Below are positions 1 through 10,720 of a DNA stretch of 64,000 bases, piece by piece. The notes beneath the pieces are model-generated. The model searched no databases, was not told the origin of the DNA, and was given only the letters and a program-made list of their open reading frames with translations. Position numbers and translations under genes: made by a program. Within the stretch, counting starts at the first letter, position 1, and every line of letters begins with the position of its first letter. The DNA comes from Halobacteriovoraceae bacterium (lineage in GTDB: Bacteria; Bdellovibrionota; Bacteriovoracia; Bacteriovoracales; Bacteriovoracaceae), in NCBI GenBank assembly GCA_963719505.1, contig CAVRCF010000002.1, forward strand, positions 64,001 to 128,000, written 5' to 3'.

Positions 1-2
1 AA

Positions 3-1103
3 GAAGCTCTGAGTAATTCAGTTGGTGGTGGAGATCAATTAAATACAAGTTTAAATGCTCAGGCTAAATCCTTAACAGTTAGAGAGCAAGCAGAAACTAG
101 AAAAGCGGTCTTTAGTGGGAGTAAAGTTGCGGGTCTAACAACTATTCTCTTATCTTACAAAACGCCTAATAAGTTTAAAAGAGATTGTGTCGAAGGACAA
201 ACTGATCTTGCGGGAGGTGAGATTCACTTCTGTGTTGCAGCTGATTCAGCAGAGGGAGAATCCCCCAATGCCAAAGAAATTTTCGCTAACCAACAAGTAA
301 GAAAAGAGATGTGGTCTGAAGTTGCTAAAGCGAGTGTTGAAACAACTCTTGCAATTATGGCAGCCACCCAAGCCAGTAAGCAAAGATCTGACGTTAACAA
401 ATACAAAAAAATGTTTGAAGAGCAAAAAGATGAATCTAATACAGAGGGAGTTGCGGTAGGGCTTGATTATTGTAAGTACAATCCTGCATCACCTCAATGT
501 CAAAATAGAGGACCTAGAGTTTCAAGTGGAGGAGACTTTGCTTATGGAAATGTAGGGCTTCAAGGTCAAGGTCAAAATCTTGCTATAACAGATAAAGACG
601 ATAGCTTCGGTGAGTACAAAGATGAAACGATTGCAGACGGAAGTACTGATGCTATAGATGATCTTGGCAATATGATTGATAATAGTGATATTGGAAGTTT
701 CGGTAACGACTTTAACGCTCCTGGAGCCGGTGGTACGACAAAAGGTACTGCTCTTGGTGGTGGTGGCGGAGGCGGCGGTGCCGGCGGTGGTGCTGGAGGT
801 GGCGGTAGTGCCCCTGCTAAAGCGAAAGCTGGTCAATCTAATTATGCGGTTACCTCAACCAAAGGCGCTTATGGAAAGCGTGGTGGTGATGCTAAATATT
901 CAGGTGGTGGATCTGCCAATAAAAAGAAAAAATCTTCAAATCCATTCTCTAAAATGTTTGGATCAAAGAGCTCGAGAAATATTGCAAGTGATGTTAAAGA
1001 TATAGCACCTGCTCACAGTGGACTATTTGATAAGATATCTAAGCGATATGAAAGAGTTGCAACAGATAAAAGATTACTGGATCTTTCAAAAGTGAATAAA
1101 TAA
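3..1103 (+). CDS. Gly-rich hypothetical protein, 5' end outside window (probably secreted)
   Basis: Frame is open from base 3 through the 309..1103 ORF; poly-Gly linker; C-terminus GLFDKISKRYERV resembles that of the 3275..5471 protein. Confidence 0.8.
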   Translation, partial: EALSNSVGGGDQLNTSLNAQAKSLTVREQAETRKAVFSGSKVAGLTTILLSYKTPNKFKRDCVEGQTDLAGGEIHFCVAADSAEGESPNAKEIFANQQVRKEMWSEVAKASVETTLAIMAATQASKQRSDVNKYKKMFEEQKDESNTEGVAVGLDYCKYNPASPQCQNRGPRVSSGGDFAYGNVGLQGQGQNLAITDKDDSFGEYKDETIADGSTDAIDDLGNMIDNSDIGSFGNDFNAPGAGGTTKGTALGGGGGGGGAGGGAGGGGSAPAKAKAGQSNYAVTSTKGAYGKRGGDAKYSGGGSANKKKKSSNPFSKMFGSKSSRNIASDVKDIAPAHSGLFDKISKRYERVATDKRLLDLSKVNK

Positions 1104-1502
1104 ATGAAGTTTGAATATAAGTTAGAAATCAAAGAACACCACCTAGATACTTTTGGACATGTGAATAATGCTACCTATCTCGCCCTTTACGAAGAGGCGA
1201 GGTGGGACTTTATTCAATCAAGAAATTATGGGCTGGATGTTATTCTCAAAGAAAAAAAAGGTCCTGTTCTTCTTGAAGCCAATCTCAAATTTAAAAGAGA
1301 GATTAAAAATAGAGAAATGATAACGATAGAGACTGATGGTCAATGGATCAAAGGTAAGATCATGGGACTCACTCAAAGAATGGTTAATTCTCAAGGGAAG
1401 ATCTGCTCTGAAGTTGCACTCGTTATTGGTTTTATGAGCTTTGATGAAAGAAAATTGATTACTCCAACTGCCAAGTGGCTTGAAGCTTGTGGTCTAGAAT
1501 AA
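1104..1502 (+). CDS. Acyl-CoA thioesterase, YbgC/4HBT hot-dog family
   Basis: Motif HLDTFGHVNNATYLALYEEAR; 132 aa. Confidence 0.9.
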   Translation: MKFEYKLEIKEHHLDTFGHVNNATYLALYEEARWDFIQSRNYGLDVILKEKKGPVLLEANLKFKREIKNREMITIETDGQWIKGKIMGLTQRMVNSQGKICSEVALVIGFMSFDERKLITPTAKWLEACGLE

Positions 1503-1525
1503 AAAAAGCCACTCTTTCGAGTGGC
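1501..1525 (-). terminator. Intrinsic terminator between convergent genes
   Basis: GCCACTC-TTTC-GAGTGGC hairpin with an A7 run on its left (U-tract on minus strand). Confidence 0.8.
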
Positions 1526-1553
1526 CCAACTTATTAATTAAATTTTTAGTTTA

Positions 1554-2369
1554 TTAGTAACCATAACCATTGTTATAAGTTTCTGCACAGAAGTATCTGT
1601 CAGTGTACTCTCTTTGGTTCATGTCATCTCTAACATATGAACAAGAGTCGTAACCAGTATTACAAGTTTGGTTGTAATATGTTTGGATAACTTGATCAGT
1701 ATACTTATCAACTAATTGGTAGTCACAAGTATCATATGAAGAATATCTGTGTTGGTAACCGTTATAAACATAGTACGGATAGTTGTTACTTACGTAGTAC
1801 CCATTGTTATAAGTAGATGGATACATTAACCAGTTTCTATAGATATAGTTTGAGTTGTAATTTCTTAACCATGAGTAATAAAGACCTGTTCTTTGGTATC
1901 TATTTTGGTGTCTAAGAATATCTCTTCTTACAGAGTGTCTGTATGGAGAGTACGGTCTGTAGTTGTAGTTATATGGAGAGTAGTGTTGTCTTGTTCCATA
2001 ATATCTATTGTCGTTACGTGGATTATATCTTGATCCAGCATAAACACTTGTTCCTCTTGGAGGATTGTTACGAGTTGTTGTTGTTCTTGGGTTATAACGT
2101 GGAGAAGGAGAAGTCGATCTCGGGTTATACCTTGGAGATGTTGTCGTTCTTGAAGGAACTGTTGATCTTGTTGGAGACGTTCTGTTTCTTTGTCTCGCTT
2201 GGTTTCTCATAGCGCTTCTGTTTGGAGTAGATGTTCTACTTGAAGAACCACCTTGACGAGTTGAGCTTCCCCTACTTCCCCTAGAAGTTCTGCTCTGAGC
2301 ATACGACTCGCTGACGAAAGCGGTTAGGAAAAGAACTGCAAATAATGACGTAAAAAGTGTTTTGTTCAT
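1554..2369 (-). CDS. Secreted Arg/Tyr/Asn-rich low-complexity protein
   Basis: Signal peptide ending SYA-Q; three RYNPR repeats; four-Cys C-terminal segment. Confidence 0.8.
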   Translation of the reverse strand: MNKTLFTSLFAVLFLTAFVSESYAQSRTSRGSRGSSTRQGGSSSRTSTPNRSAMRNQARQRNRTSPTRSTVPSRTTTSPRYNPRSTSPSPRYNPRTTTTRNNPPRGTSVYAGSRYNPRNDNRYYGTRQHYSPYNYNYRPYSPYRHSVRRDILRHQNRYQRTGLYYSWLRNYNSNYIYRNWLMYPSTYNNGYYVSNNYPYYVYNGYQHRYSSYDTCDYQLVDKYTDQVIQTYYNQTCNTGYDSCSYVRDDMNQREYTDRYFCAETYNNGYGY

Positions 2370-2599
2370 GTCTTGAATCCTTGTTGGTTTGTTTGTTAAA
2401 CGCTTTGTAGCAAAGAAGATGAATCAGTAAAAGTTAAATAATCTTACTTAATTCGAGCACTTAGTGGTGTCAAAATGTCACACCACGCCATAAGTAGTTA
2501 TTATTAAAGATAAATTTACTATAGGAACTGTCGAGTTGAGGAAAATTGTGGCGAAAAAAACATATTTAAGGGGTGTAATAATTTCATGAAATAATGCTC

Positions 2600-3274
2600 T
2601 CAAAGGGGAGGACATATATTTTTAACAAACTTTTCATAAAAGAAATCTAAATCTTTCATCACATGATCCTTTAAAAGCATCTGAGATGTATCAATATTCT
2701 TTTTAAAAATATCAATTGAATATTCTTTAAGGAGTTCATCGGCTATAGGAAAGAAGCTTAGGTGCCACTTCTCCACGTTTACTCCGCCTAAGTCTTTGTC
2801 GTAAGGTCTAAAGAATGGACAATTATTTTGAAGCCTTTCATCTAACCATCTGTGAAAGTCAAACAGAACTCCACCTGGATCAGACTCAGACGAGACAAGT
2901 TTTAGCTCGTCTTTGCTAATCTTATTAGCATCGTAGACATCGAAATCAGATCCCCAGTGATGCCTTGATGCCCCTGGAATAGCAGACCAGCGCATGATTG
3001 ACTTAAGCACTTCATCTTGTGAAAGGTCATCAAAAACTAACTCATCTCCATTTGTATCAAGAAGCTTTCTTTTACCCAAAGCTTTTGCATTCCAAATTTT
3101 TTCTTGAGCGTCGAAGCTTCTGAAGGAGCTAACAATTTGGAGATCTGCCCCAATATCAGCCTTCGCTTGCTTTTGTAGATCTATAAAAGAGGGGAGAGCA
3201 TCTTCGTGCAAATAAAAATCATTATACTTAATTAATTTATTATTCGCTCTTCCTGTGAGTAGATTAAAATTCAT
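2600..3274 (-). CDS. M15 family Zn D-Ala-D-Ala carboxypeptidase (VanY-like)
   Basis: SFRSFDAQ, SRHHWGSDFD (SxHxxGxxxD) and EKWH motifs. Confidence 0.85.
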   Translation of the reverse strand: MNFNLLTGRANNKLIKYNDFYLHEDALPSFIDLQKQAKADIGADLQIVSSFRSFDAQEKIWNAKALGKRKLLDTNGDELVFDDLSQDEVLKSIMRWSAIPGASRHHWGSDFDVYDANKISKDELKLVSSESDPGGVLFDFHRWLDERLQNNCPFFRPYDKDLGGVNVEKWHLSFFPIADELLKEYSIDIFKKNIDTSQMLLKDHVMKDLDFFYEKFVKNICPPL

Positions 3275-5471
3275 CTAGATTCCATTAATTTGAGTCCCTG
3301 AAGCTTCGTCAACACTCGATTTTCCAGACTCATCAAAGAGTCTTCTAAGAGCACTTCGTTGATAACGAATACTTAAGATTTTAAAAATATCTTGAGAGGG
3401 GTTGTTATTAATATCGCCTTTGATCTCATACTCTTTATCCATTACACTTGCGACATCATCAACTTTTATATCAGAGCCTGAGTCCCCGCCAAAGTCTAGG
3501 TCAAAGTCGTTATTTTGACTTTTTCCTTTATTGAGATCTTTCCCTCTTTTGAAGTTCGGGCCCTCTTTTTTTGCAATTTCTTTTTTCGCATCATTCATTA
3601 TTTTTTCTAGATTAGTGTCAGCAAGTGTAGGAGCGGCGAGACCCATATCAGCGGAGCTTAAGCCTTGAGGGAACTGTTTATTAACAAAACCAGCATGATT
3701 TTTTTGAAGTTGAGCTGAGATCTTGTCAGCTTTTTTCAAGATATCAGAATATTTTTTATCCTCTTTAAGATCGTCAGCTTTTTTCCTGATGGCCAAAACT
3801 TTGTTTCCAAAAGAGCCGTTATTGAAACTACCTTGTTCTAGACCGCCGGAGTTGAGAGAATCATAGCCGCCAGCAAAAGGGGAGGCGAAAGAGGATAGTG
3901 AACCTGTGTTTACCTGAAAGTTTCCAGAGAAAGTTGCACAATTATCTTGCCCACTTTTATTTTTCTTTCTTTTACAATTACACTCAAGATCGAGTTTGTT
4001 TTGTTTATCGACGCATCCACTATGATTTTGGGCGAGCATATTATTAGTTTCATTCCAATTGAATTTATTATTTTTAAATTTTTCTTTAAAACAATCTTTT
4101 CCTTCACATAGTTTAATTCCTTCCGTTCCTCCGGAGTTCACAAAGTCAGATTTAATTTGCCTAATGGCTTCAATTCTTTTTTCAAGCTGTTCTGCATTTT
4201 CTTTAGCTTTTTTGTGAACGATAAAAGAGTAAGTTCCAAAAGCTAACCCCATGGCAATTCTTGTTATAGGCCACGTAAAAGCTTTACTGATGATATCTGT
4301 TTGTTTATCGAACTCGGGCTTTACAGCACTTGATGCAGCCTTCGCAGCTTCTGCTCCACCAGCCGCTGCGCCACCACCGCCACCGCCGCCACCTTTAAAG
4401 AAAGTAGCAAGCATGGGAAGTATTGAAGTTATTATTGAGAGGAAACCTCCACCGGACTTTTGTTGAGCTGGCTGTTGCTGAGGGTTCGTTTGAGCATGTA
4501 AAGTTGGTAAGAGATTAGAATATATAATTCTTAAAACTGATTCTTCGACTTCCTCTGGTGTAATATTTTCTAGATTGTTAAGGTGGTCAAAGCGTTTATC
4601 GATAACTGACAGCCTTTTTACCTGATCAGAAAGGCTGGCATCGTTTAATTTAGATGTGTAGAGAAGATCATTTGATTGTGGTTCAATCGCTGAAGTTGTT
4701 GAAGGCGTTGACTGACCTTCCACAATAGTACATTTATTCGACAATGCTGTCGTACCAAGACTAGCACCATCCTGAGCAGCTTCTACAATCCCTGCAACGA
4801 CTGCTGCTCCATAGAGCCCTGTTGCAACGAGGTGAGCAGCCTTTCTGACATTTTCAGATTTGAGCGAACTCTCTTCAAGCTTTATTAAATAGTCAAAAGC
4901 TAAAACTTGATTATTATCCATATTTTCATAATTGCCCTGTTCGCTTTCTGGGTCGTAAGACTTTACATTTTCTTCATATTCTTCAGCGGCTTTTTTAGTT
5001 CGTCTTTGATGACCAAAGTAAGATATGGCTTCACCTGTAATCCCTGCGATTCCCGCACCCATTAAAAGTTTCATTGATAAAGAACTACATTTGATGGCAT
5101 TTTTATTTTTGAGGATATAAAAGCCCGCAACGGAAGTCATCACAAGTGGAATTAAACTTCGGTCTGAAGCGCCTCTAAAAAATCCGCCTTTTATTTCGTC
5201 TTCATCTGCTTTGATTTCATCGACACCAATTCTTGCAGCATTTTTGTAACACTCTTGCTGAGCTGATCCTGACAGTCCTTCACATTTTCTTGGCCCCGTC
5301 TCTTGCCGCGATTGATTCGTCAGTCATCTGACACTGACCTTTAGAGGCATCCCAAGCCCAACCAGACTCACAGCTTTCAACAGGTGTGTCTGAGTCTTGA
5401 GCAATTGCTATACTCGGCCCCAGGGGCTGCATAAAAATACAAAGTGCGAGTAAAAGTGATGTCAGTTTCAT
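3275..5471 (-). CDS. Large secreted Gly/Cys-containing hypothetical protein, split by one frameshift near 5285
   Basis: ORF 5280..5471 has a signal peptide; removing one A from the A4 run (5285-5288) reads AKKCEGLSGSAQQEC...LIPLVMTS straight into ORF 3275..5143. Confidence 0.75.
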
Positions 5472-5504
5472 AATGGTTCCAGTTTTAGTTTATTGTTTTT
5501 AAAC

Positions 5505-5531
5505 TTTTCGGCTAACTAGCAGAAATCATTA
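5505..5531 (-). promoter_or_regulatory. Sigma-28 (FliA)-like promoter
   Basis: TAAT-N15-GCCGAAAA upstream of the start at 5471. Confidence 0.6.
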
Positions 5532-5720
5532 ACTTTTATATATTATAGGCCCTAAACAAGCCCAATTTAAAAACTTGTCTGCAGTCAAATTCAAAATCAC
5601 GCTTAAGGTATTGAATTTAAAAGATTAATTCTGATATTTATCGAAGATTCTTGTATGGAAATTCGAATTTCAGTGACCCAAATTAATGGCAAATTCAACA
5701 ATATTTGATACGTTTTAGGA

Positions 5721-6287
5721 ATGAAGCTAATTATTCTCATCATTTGTTTTTCTCAACTGGCTTGGTCTTTGGATCTTAAGGTGGGAGATATCTTACTGCA
5801 GCCTCTGCACTGTTACGCCTGCAATCTTATTGAAGCTCAAACGCAAAGTGAATACTCTCATATTGGCGTTGTTATAAAAAAAGAGAATCAGGAAGTTTTT
5901 GTGGCTGAAGCATTTGGAAAAGTGAAAGTTGTGAGCTTTGATGAGTTTAATAAAAAAACTCAAAAAGGGTTAAGAATAGAAGTTTTAAGACCACGCTATG
6001 TCCATTCAGAAATTTATGCCACTTATAGGGAACATTTTGATTCTAAACCATATGATTCAAATTTTTTGTGGAGCGATGATAAAATTTATTGTAGTGAACT
6101 CGTTCAAAAATTATTTCATCAACTCAATATGACTGTTCCAAAAGCGAAGCCCATGACTTTTGATATTAATCGAGCACTTTGGGACAAGTACTTCAGAGGA
6201 AACACCCCCGAAGGACATCTTGGGATTTCTCCAGCAGACTTTAAAACGTCCAATCTTTACAAGGAACTTGGATTCTATGAAAATTAG
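5721..6287 (+). CDS. Permuted papain-like amidase, YiiX/YebB family (NlpC/P60 superfamily), secreted
   Basis: Signal peptide; GDILL, YSHIGV (His) ahead of YCSELV (Cys). Confidence 0.85.
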   Translation: MKLIILIICFSQLAWSLDLKVGDILLQPLHCYACNLIEAQTQSEYSHIGVVIKKENQEVFVAEAFGKVKVVSFDEFNKKTQKGLRIEVLRPRYVHSEIYATYREHFDSKPYDSNFLWSDDKIYCSELVQKLFHQLNMTVPKAKPMTFDINRALWDKYFRGNTPEGHLGISPADFKTSNLYKELGFYEN

Positions 6288-7245
6288 TCTCTCTAAAAAA
6301 GAGCTAGAATTGAAAGTGAATTGGAAGCTTTCTAGAAATGAAACTCTTAAAAAAGAAAATTATTTTATTAGCATTGAAGATCAAGGACACACTGGAATTG
6401 GAGAAATCGCTCCAAATATTCGCTACGGTGAAACACCTGAAGTCATTGAGAGTAACTTTAAAACTATAGAAAATCTAAAAGTCGATTTAGATAACTTCTC
6501 CGAGCTAGTCCAGGGCTTGGATCTTTGTCATTCCTTTTTATTTGGCTTTGAGTCTGCTCTAAATCATCTTGTTGCAAAGGTAGAAAATAAACCCATCCAC
6601 CAACATTTAAATCTTAGTGCTCCAGTTGAAATCGCAACTTCTTATTCTGTTCCGATAATGGAAGAGAGTGAGCTTGAAAGCTATTTAAATAAAATTGAGA
6701 GGTTTCATTATATAAAGGTTAAGGTTAGTCGGCACAATGCTAAAAGCTTCGTTTATGCCATAGCGGCACTAACGAATAAGCCCCTTCGGATCGACGGTAA
6801 CGAAGCCTGGGATTCTTTGGATGAGTACTTAGAATTTGAAGAATCGGTAAAGAATATAAATATCCAGTTCATTGAGCAGCCGCTTAAATCCTCGATGGTC
6901 GAGGACTATATAAAACTTAAGGCAGTTTCGAAGTTTAAAATTATGGCCGATGAATCAATTGAGTCAGATGTTGATATGGAACTCATTGCGAAGCAGTTTC
7001 ACAGTGTAAATATTAAATTAATGAAGGCTTCTGGTTATAATAACGCGATAAAGCTTTTAAAAGAGGCAAAAGCCTTTGGTTTAAAAACGATGATTGGCTG
7101 TATGATTGAGACGAGTCTAGGAATATCTAGTGCCATTAATATTTCTAGTCTTGGAGATTATTTTGATTTAGATGGGTCGCTTCTTTTAAAAAACGACCCA
7201 TACAATTTGATTATAGAACAAAAAGGTCTATTAAAACTTAATTAA
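6277..7245 (+). CDS. Enolase-superfamily dipeptide epimerase (L-Ala-D/L-Glu epimerase-like)
   Basis: KVK, RIDGNEAW, IEQP, MADES, NIKLMK and DLD motifs; start placed at ATG 6277, overlapping the upstream gene. Confidence 0.85.
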   Translation: MKISLSKKELELKVNWKLSRNETLKKENYFISIEDQGHTGIGEIAPNIRYGETPEVIESNFKTIENLKVDLDNFSELVQGLDLCHSFLFGFESALNHLVAKVENKPIHQHLNLSAPVEIATSYSVPIMEESELESYLNKIERFHYIKVKVSRHNAKSFVYAIAALTNKPLRIDGNEAWDSLDEYLEFEESVKNINIQFIEQPLKSSMVEDYIKLKAVSKFKIMADESIESDVDMELIAKQFHSVNIKLMKASGYNNAIKLLKEAKAFGLKTMIGCMIETSLGISSAINISSLGDYFDLDGSLLLKNDPYNLIIEQKGLLKLN

Positions 7246-7712
7246 TGCTCGTGTCCACCAGCTCCATGCGCGTGACCATGAGATTTCTCTTCTTCTGTTG
7301 CAGCTCTCTTTTCAGTGATCTCAACATCAAAGTGTAATTCAACACCTGCCATTGGATGATTTCCATCGACATGAACATCATCATTTTCAAGGCTAACAAC
7401 AGTAAAAACCGGAGCGTTTGGCTCTTCGTTTACTTGGAACTGATCACCAAGTTTGAGATCTGCTCCCTCTGGGAACTGGCTTCTTTTAACCGTTATTTTT
7501 AAATCATCAATCACTGGACCATAACCATTTTCAGGGTCGATCGTAATATTCTTTTTATCACCAACTTCCATTTTTACAACTTCGCTCTCAAGTCCAGGAA
7601 TAATATGACCGCTACCAACAAGAAACAGAAGAGGTGCTTGGTTTTCAGAGGAATCAATAAGATTTCCTTCTTTGTCTTTTAGTGTGTAATGAAATCCGAT
7701 TACGTCGCTCAT
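7242..7712 (-). CDS. slyD: FKBP-type peptidyl-prolyl isomerase SlyD
   Basis: HYTL, IIPGLE, VDGNHPMAG motifs; His-rich tail. Confidence 0.9.
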   Translation of the reverse strand: MSDVIGFHYTLKDKEGNLIDSSENQAPLLFLVGSGHIIPGLESEVVKMEVGDKKNITIDPENGYGPVIDDLKITVKRSQFPEGADLKLGDQFQVNEEPNAPVFTVVSLENDDVHVDGNHPMAGVELHFDVEITEKRAATEEEKSHGHAHGAGGHEH

Positions 7713-7723
7713 AGTTTTTCCTT

Positions 7724-8599
7724 TTAAATTATTGGAGTAAGGCAGATATGCTCATCGCCAACTCGATTGATTATCTCTTTAATATTTAACTTTCTAAAAG
7801 TTTTGCTGATTTTAACTATCGTACTATTAGTGGTATCAAATCTATCTTCATTTTTCAAAGGCAACTCAAAAATATCACAAAACTTTTCCCAAAAATGTTC
7901 TTCGACGCAGGCCAGTGCGACGTATTTATCATCTTTTGTTGTATAAATATTGTAGCAGGGAAGAGCTCCGTTATGGAGAAACCTTGTCATACCGGAGCTT
8001 TCCAAGTTTTCGCTCCAAAAGAGATCTAAGGTTTGCTGAGCACTTCGATCAAGAAAAAGATCGATAATCTGCGTCTGTCCTAATTCGTGAAGCTTTAACA
8101 TTCCGGCAAGGGCGGTCAATGCAATCTTTTGACCATATATAATTCCAGCAATGGGAAGGTAGGGAGGGTCTATTTGATCGGAATCAAACTCCTCTAAATA
8201 AATCTTAAAACTTTTAGATTTCGCCAGTGCATTGAGATCATGCATTGGACTCAAGTCTACACTTCCTCCAACTTTTATTAACACCTTCTTATTCAAATCA
8301 AAGTTGGTTTCGCTAAAAGTTGAAGGGGCAATAATAATATCGTTGTTTTTAATTAAGTCTTTTAAGCTTTCATCTGTGAAAGACACTTTTGTTTTTTGAT
8401 CGTTAAAATTTTTAAACCACTCATTAAAGAGAAGATCATTCGCTTTTTCAAAAGCATCTTTTTTTTCCAAGGGAGTGGCTTTCGTTACGACCGCTCCAAG
8501 CATCTCTAGCTCTTTCGTTGCAAGGGGACCGGGAAGTCTCTGTGAGAGATCTAAAATTCTTAAATTATTCAGAAGGTTTAACATCAAAAATTTCCTCAA
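7724..8599 (-). CDS. CaiB/BaiF family CoA transferase
   Basis: [29 protein letters not shown] motifs; true start may be the second Met. Confidence 0.85.
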   Translation of the reverse strand: MRKFLMLNLLNNLRILDLSQRLPGPLATKELEMLGAVVTKATPLEKKDAFEKANDLLFNEWFKNFNDQKTKVSFTDESLKDLIKNNDIIIAPSTFSETNFDLNKKVLIKVGGSVDLSPMHDLNALAKSKSFKIYLEEFDSDQIDPPYLPIAGIIYGQKIALTALAGMLKLHELGQTQIIDLFLDRSAQQTLDLFWSENLESSGMTRFLHNGALPCYNIYTTKDDKYVALACVEEHFWEKFCDIFELPLKNEDRFDTTNSTIVKISKTFRKLNIKEIINRVGDEHICLTPII

Positions 8600-10604
8600 A
8601 CTCTTTTAGTGTCGAACCTTGAAGCTCCACCTCATTGTAAGTTCTAATTTGCCACTTCTCATTATTTTCCTCAGTGAAGTTTAGAGCAAATCGAACTGAG
8701 AAGTGAGGGTTGTATTTGGAAAAGATATGATCTTTTAACCATGTTGTTGGAACTGTGATCTCTCTATAAGCTTCATCTGGGTAGGAGAGACTTCTGAGCG
8801 TCTCTCCAAACATAAGAGGGTTTTGAAGACTGAGGTGAGTAAGGGTATCTATTGTTTTCACCACTTCATTAAGTCTCTCTTGTCCCTCTTCTAAGTGCTT
8901 CCATTTTCTTAAGAGGCCTATAAAGATGGCCAGTGACGATTTATAGTTTTGATCAAAGATTGGTGTGTGAATATTTTTATATTGATGAGAGTCTGAAAAA
9001 CTTAGGGGCCTTGTCATGAAGCGACCCTCTTCGTAAAACTCTCTCATGATGTAGTCGATTGTTTTGTCCCCTGACTCTTTAAAGGTCTTGTTCCCTGAGA
9101 TCTCATAAAACCTAAACTGACACTCACAAAACATCACATAGTTTTCAAAAAGTGCAAGGTGAGTCTCTCTTGTTGTGGAGGTAATAATTTTTGATTTACC
9201 ATCAACGCTTTTGATAAATGTTTTGTGGATTGATGTGATTGTCTGGTTAAGAAGTTCTGAAGCTTGCAGGGCAATGGAGTCGACTTTACAATACTGAACA
9301 ACATCCACAAGGGCCGAAATCATCTGGAAGTTCCAGCTTGCAACCCCTTTACTGTCCGTCGCTGGAGGGATTCTCATTTTTCTGGCCTCTGCAAGAGCCT
9401 GTCTAACTGCTCTGACGTCATTCCACCCCTCTGGAGAATAATAGTCTTCCTTGTACTTGTTATTGAGACTGATAACGTTGAGATCTCTTTCGAAATTTCC
9501 TTTTTCAGTTATATCAAACCACTTTAAAAGGGTATCCATCTTGTCTGTGAGATTTTCATCAAAGTCGACAATGGCATCCATGAATTCATTCTTGGTGAAA
9601 GTGAAATAAAGTCCTTGAACATTTTCACTATCTGAATCTTGCCCAGCAAAAAAGAATCCTTCATCTGAGAGCATCTCAACTTTAAGATAGTCAAGCGTTT
9701 GAATAATAGCATCAAAAATTAGAGGTGAAGGATAGATCAGACTTGTTTTCGCCAAAAGTTTTAAAAGGGCTGCTTGGTCGTAAAGCATTTTTTCAAAATG
9801 AGGAACTTTCCAGTCGCTAGAGACCGCGTAGCGATGAACTCCTCCTCGAGCGTGGTCATAGAGTCCACCCATAAGCATGTGCTCAATACTTTTAATGATG
9901 TGCTTACCATTTTCTTCTGGAATCATTCCTTCAAGCATATGTTCAATGGCCCATTCATAAAAAGCGAATTGGGGAAACTTGGGCTCAGTACCGTAGCCTC
10001 CATTTTCATTGTCCTGGTAATTCTTAATAGCATTTAAGATTCCTGCGGGGGATGGATAATGACCTTCGAACTCAACTCTCTCAGTGATTTTTGGATCCTG
10101 AGATATTGCATCTGTTAGATCTTTGGCGTTGGCTTCAACTGTGGCGAGATCGTCTTTAAAAGCTTGGTCTAAATTTTTTATGACTTCCATAAAAGAAGGA
10201 GTTTCGTTAACGGCAGTTTTTGGAAAGTATGTCCCGATGAAGAAAGGTAGAAAGTTTGGAGTGAGAAATGCATTGAGAGGCCATCCTCCTTTGCCGTTCA
10301 TCACTTGACTTGCCAGTTGAAAATACTGATCCAAGTCGGGGAGTTCTTCTTTATCTACTTTTATGCAGATAAAGTTGTCATTGAGGAACTCCGCTGTTTT
10401 CTTATCCTCAAAAGTCTCTTCGTTCATAACAGCACACCAATGTGAACCACTGTAACCAATAGATAAGAAAATAGGTTTATTTTCATCTTGAGCTTTTTGA
10501 AGGGCTTCTGGCCCATACGGCATCCAATGGACGGGGTTATTTTCGTGTCGCAGAAGGTATGAACTTTTCTCTATTTGCAAACGATTATGATTTATTGAAC
10601 TCAT
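8565..10604 (-). CDS. YyaL/SPATA20-like thioredoxin-domain protein
   Basis: [44 protein letters not shown]. Confidence 0.9.
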   Translation of the reverse strand: MSSINHNRLQIEKSSYLLRHENNPVHWMPYGPEALQKAQDENKPIFLSIGYSGSHWCAVMNEETFEDKKTAEFLNDNFICIKVDKEELPDLDQYFQLASQVMNGKGGWPLNAFLTPNFLPFFIGTYFPKTAVNETPSFMEVIKNLDQAFKDDLATVEANAKDLTDAISQDPKITERVEFEGHYPSPAGILNAIKNYQDNENGGYGTEPKFPQFAFYEWAIEHMLEGMIPEENGKHIIKSIEHMLMGGLYDHARGGVHRYAVSSDWKVPHFEKMLYDQAALLKLLAKTSLIYPSPLIFDAIIQTLDYLKVEMLSDEGFFFAGQDSDSENVQGLYFTFTKNEFMDAIVDFDENLTDKMDTLLKWFDITEKGNFERDLNVISLNNKYKEDYYSPEGWNDVRAVRQALAEARKMRIPPATDSKGVASWNFQMISALVDVVQYCKVDSIALQASELLNQTITSIHKTFIKSVDGKSKIITSTTRETHLALFENYVMFCECQFRFYEISGNKTFKESGDKTIDYIMREFYEEGRFMTRPLSFSDSHQYKNIHTPIFDQNYKSSLAIFIGLLRKWKHLEEGQERLNEVVKTIDTLTHLSLQNPLMFGETLRSLSYPDEAYREITVPTTWLKDHIFSKYNPHFSVRFALNFTEENNEKWQIRTYNEVELQGSTLKEFEEIFDVKPSE

Positions 10605-10720
10605 TAAGACTCCTAATGATGAAAAAACAGTATTTTACGCCCCTATGATCTGTAATAATGTAAGGATTTTCAATAAATTTATTTACTTTGATGCCTATCT
10701 TGGGCTAAAACCCCCAACTT

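Noticed and set aside
2408-2424. Sigma-54 promoter for 1554..2369
   Set aside because: TTGCT is present but the essential -24 GG is replaced by TT
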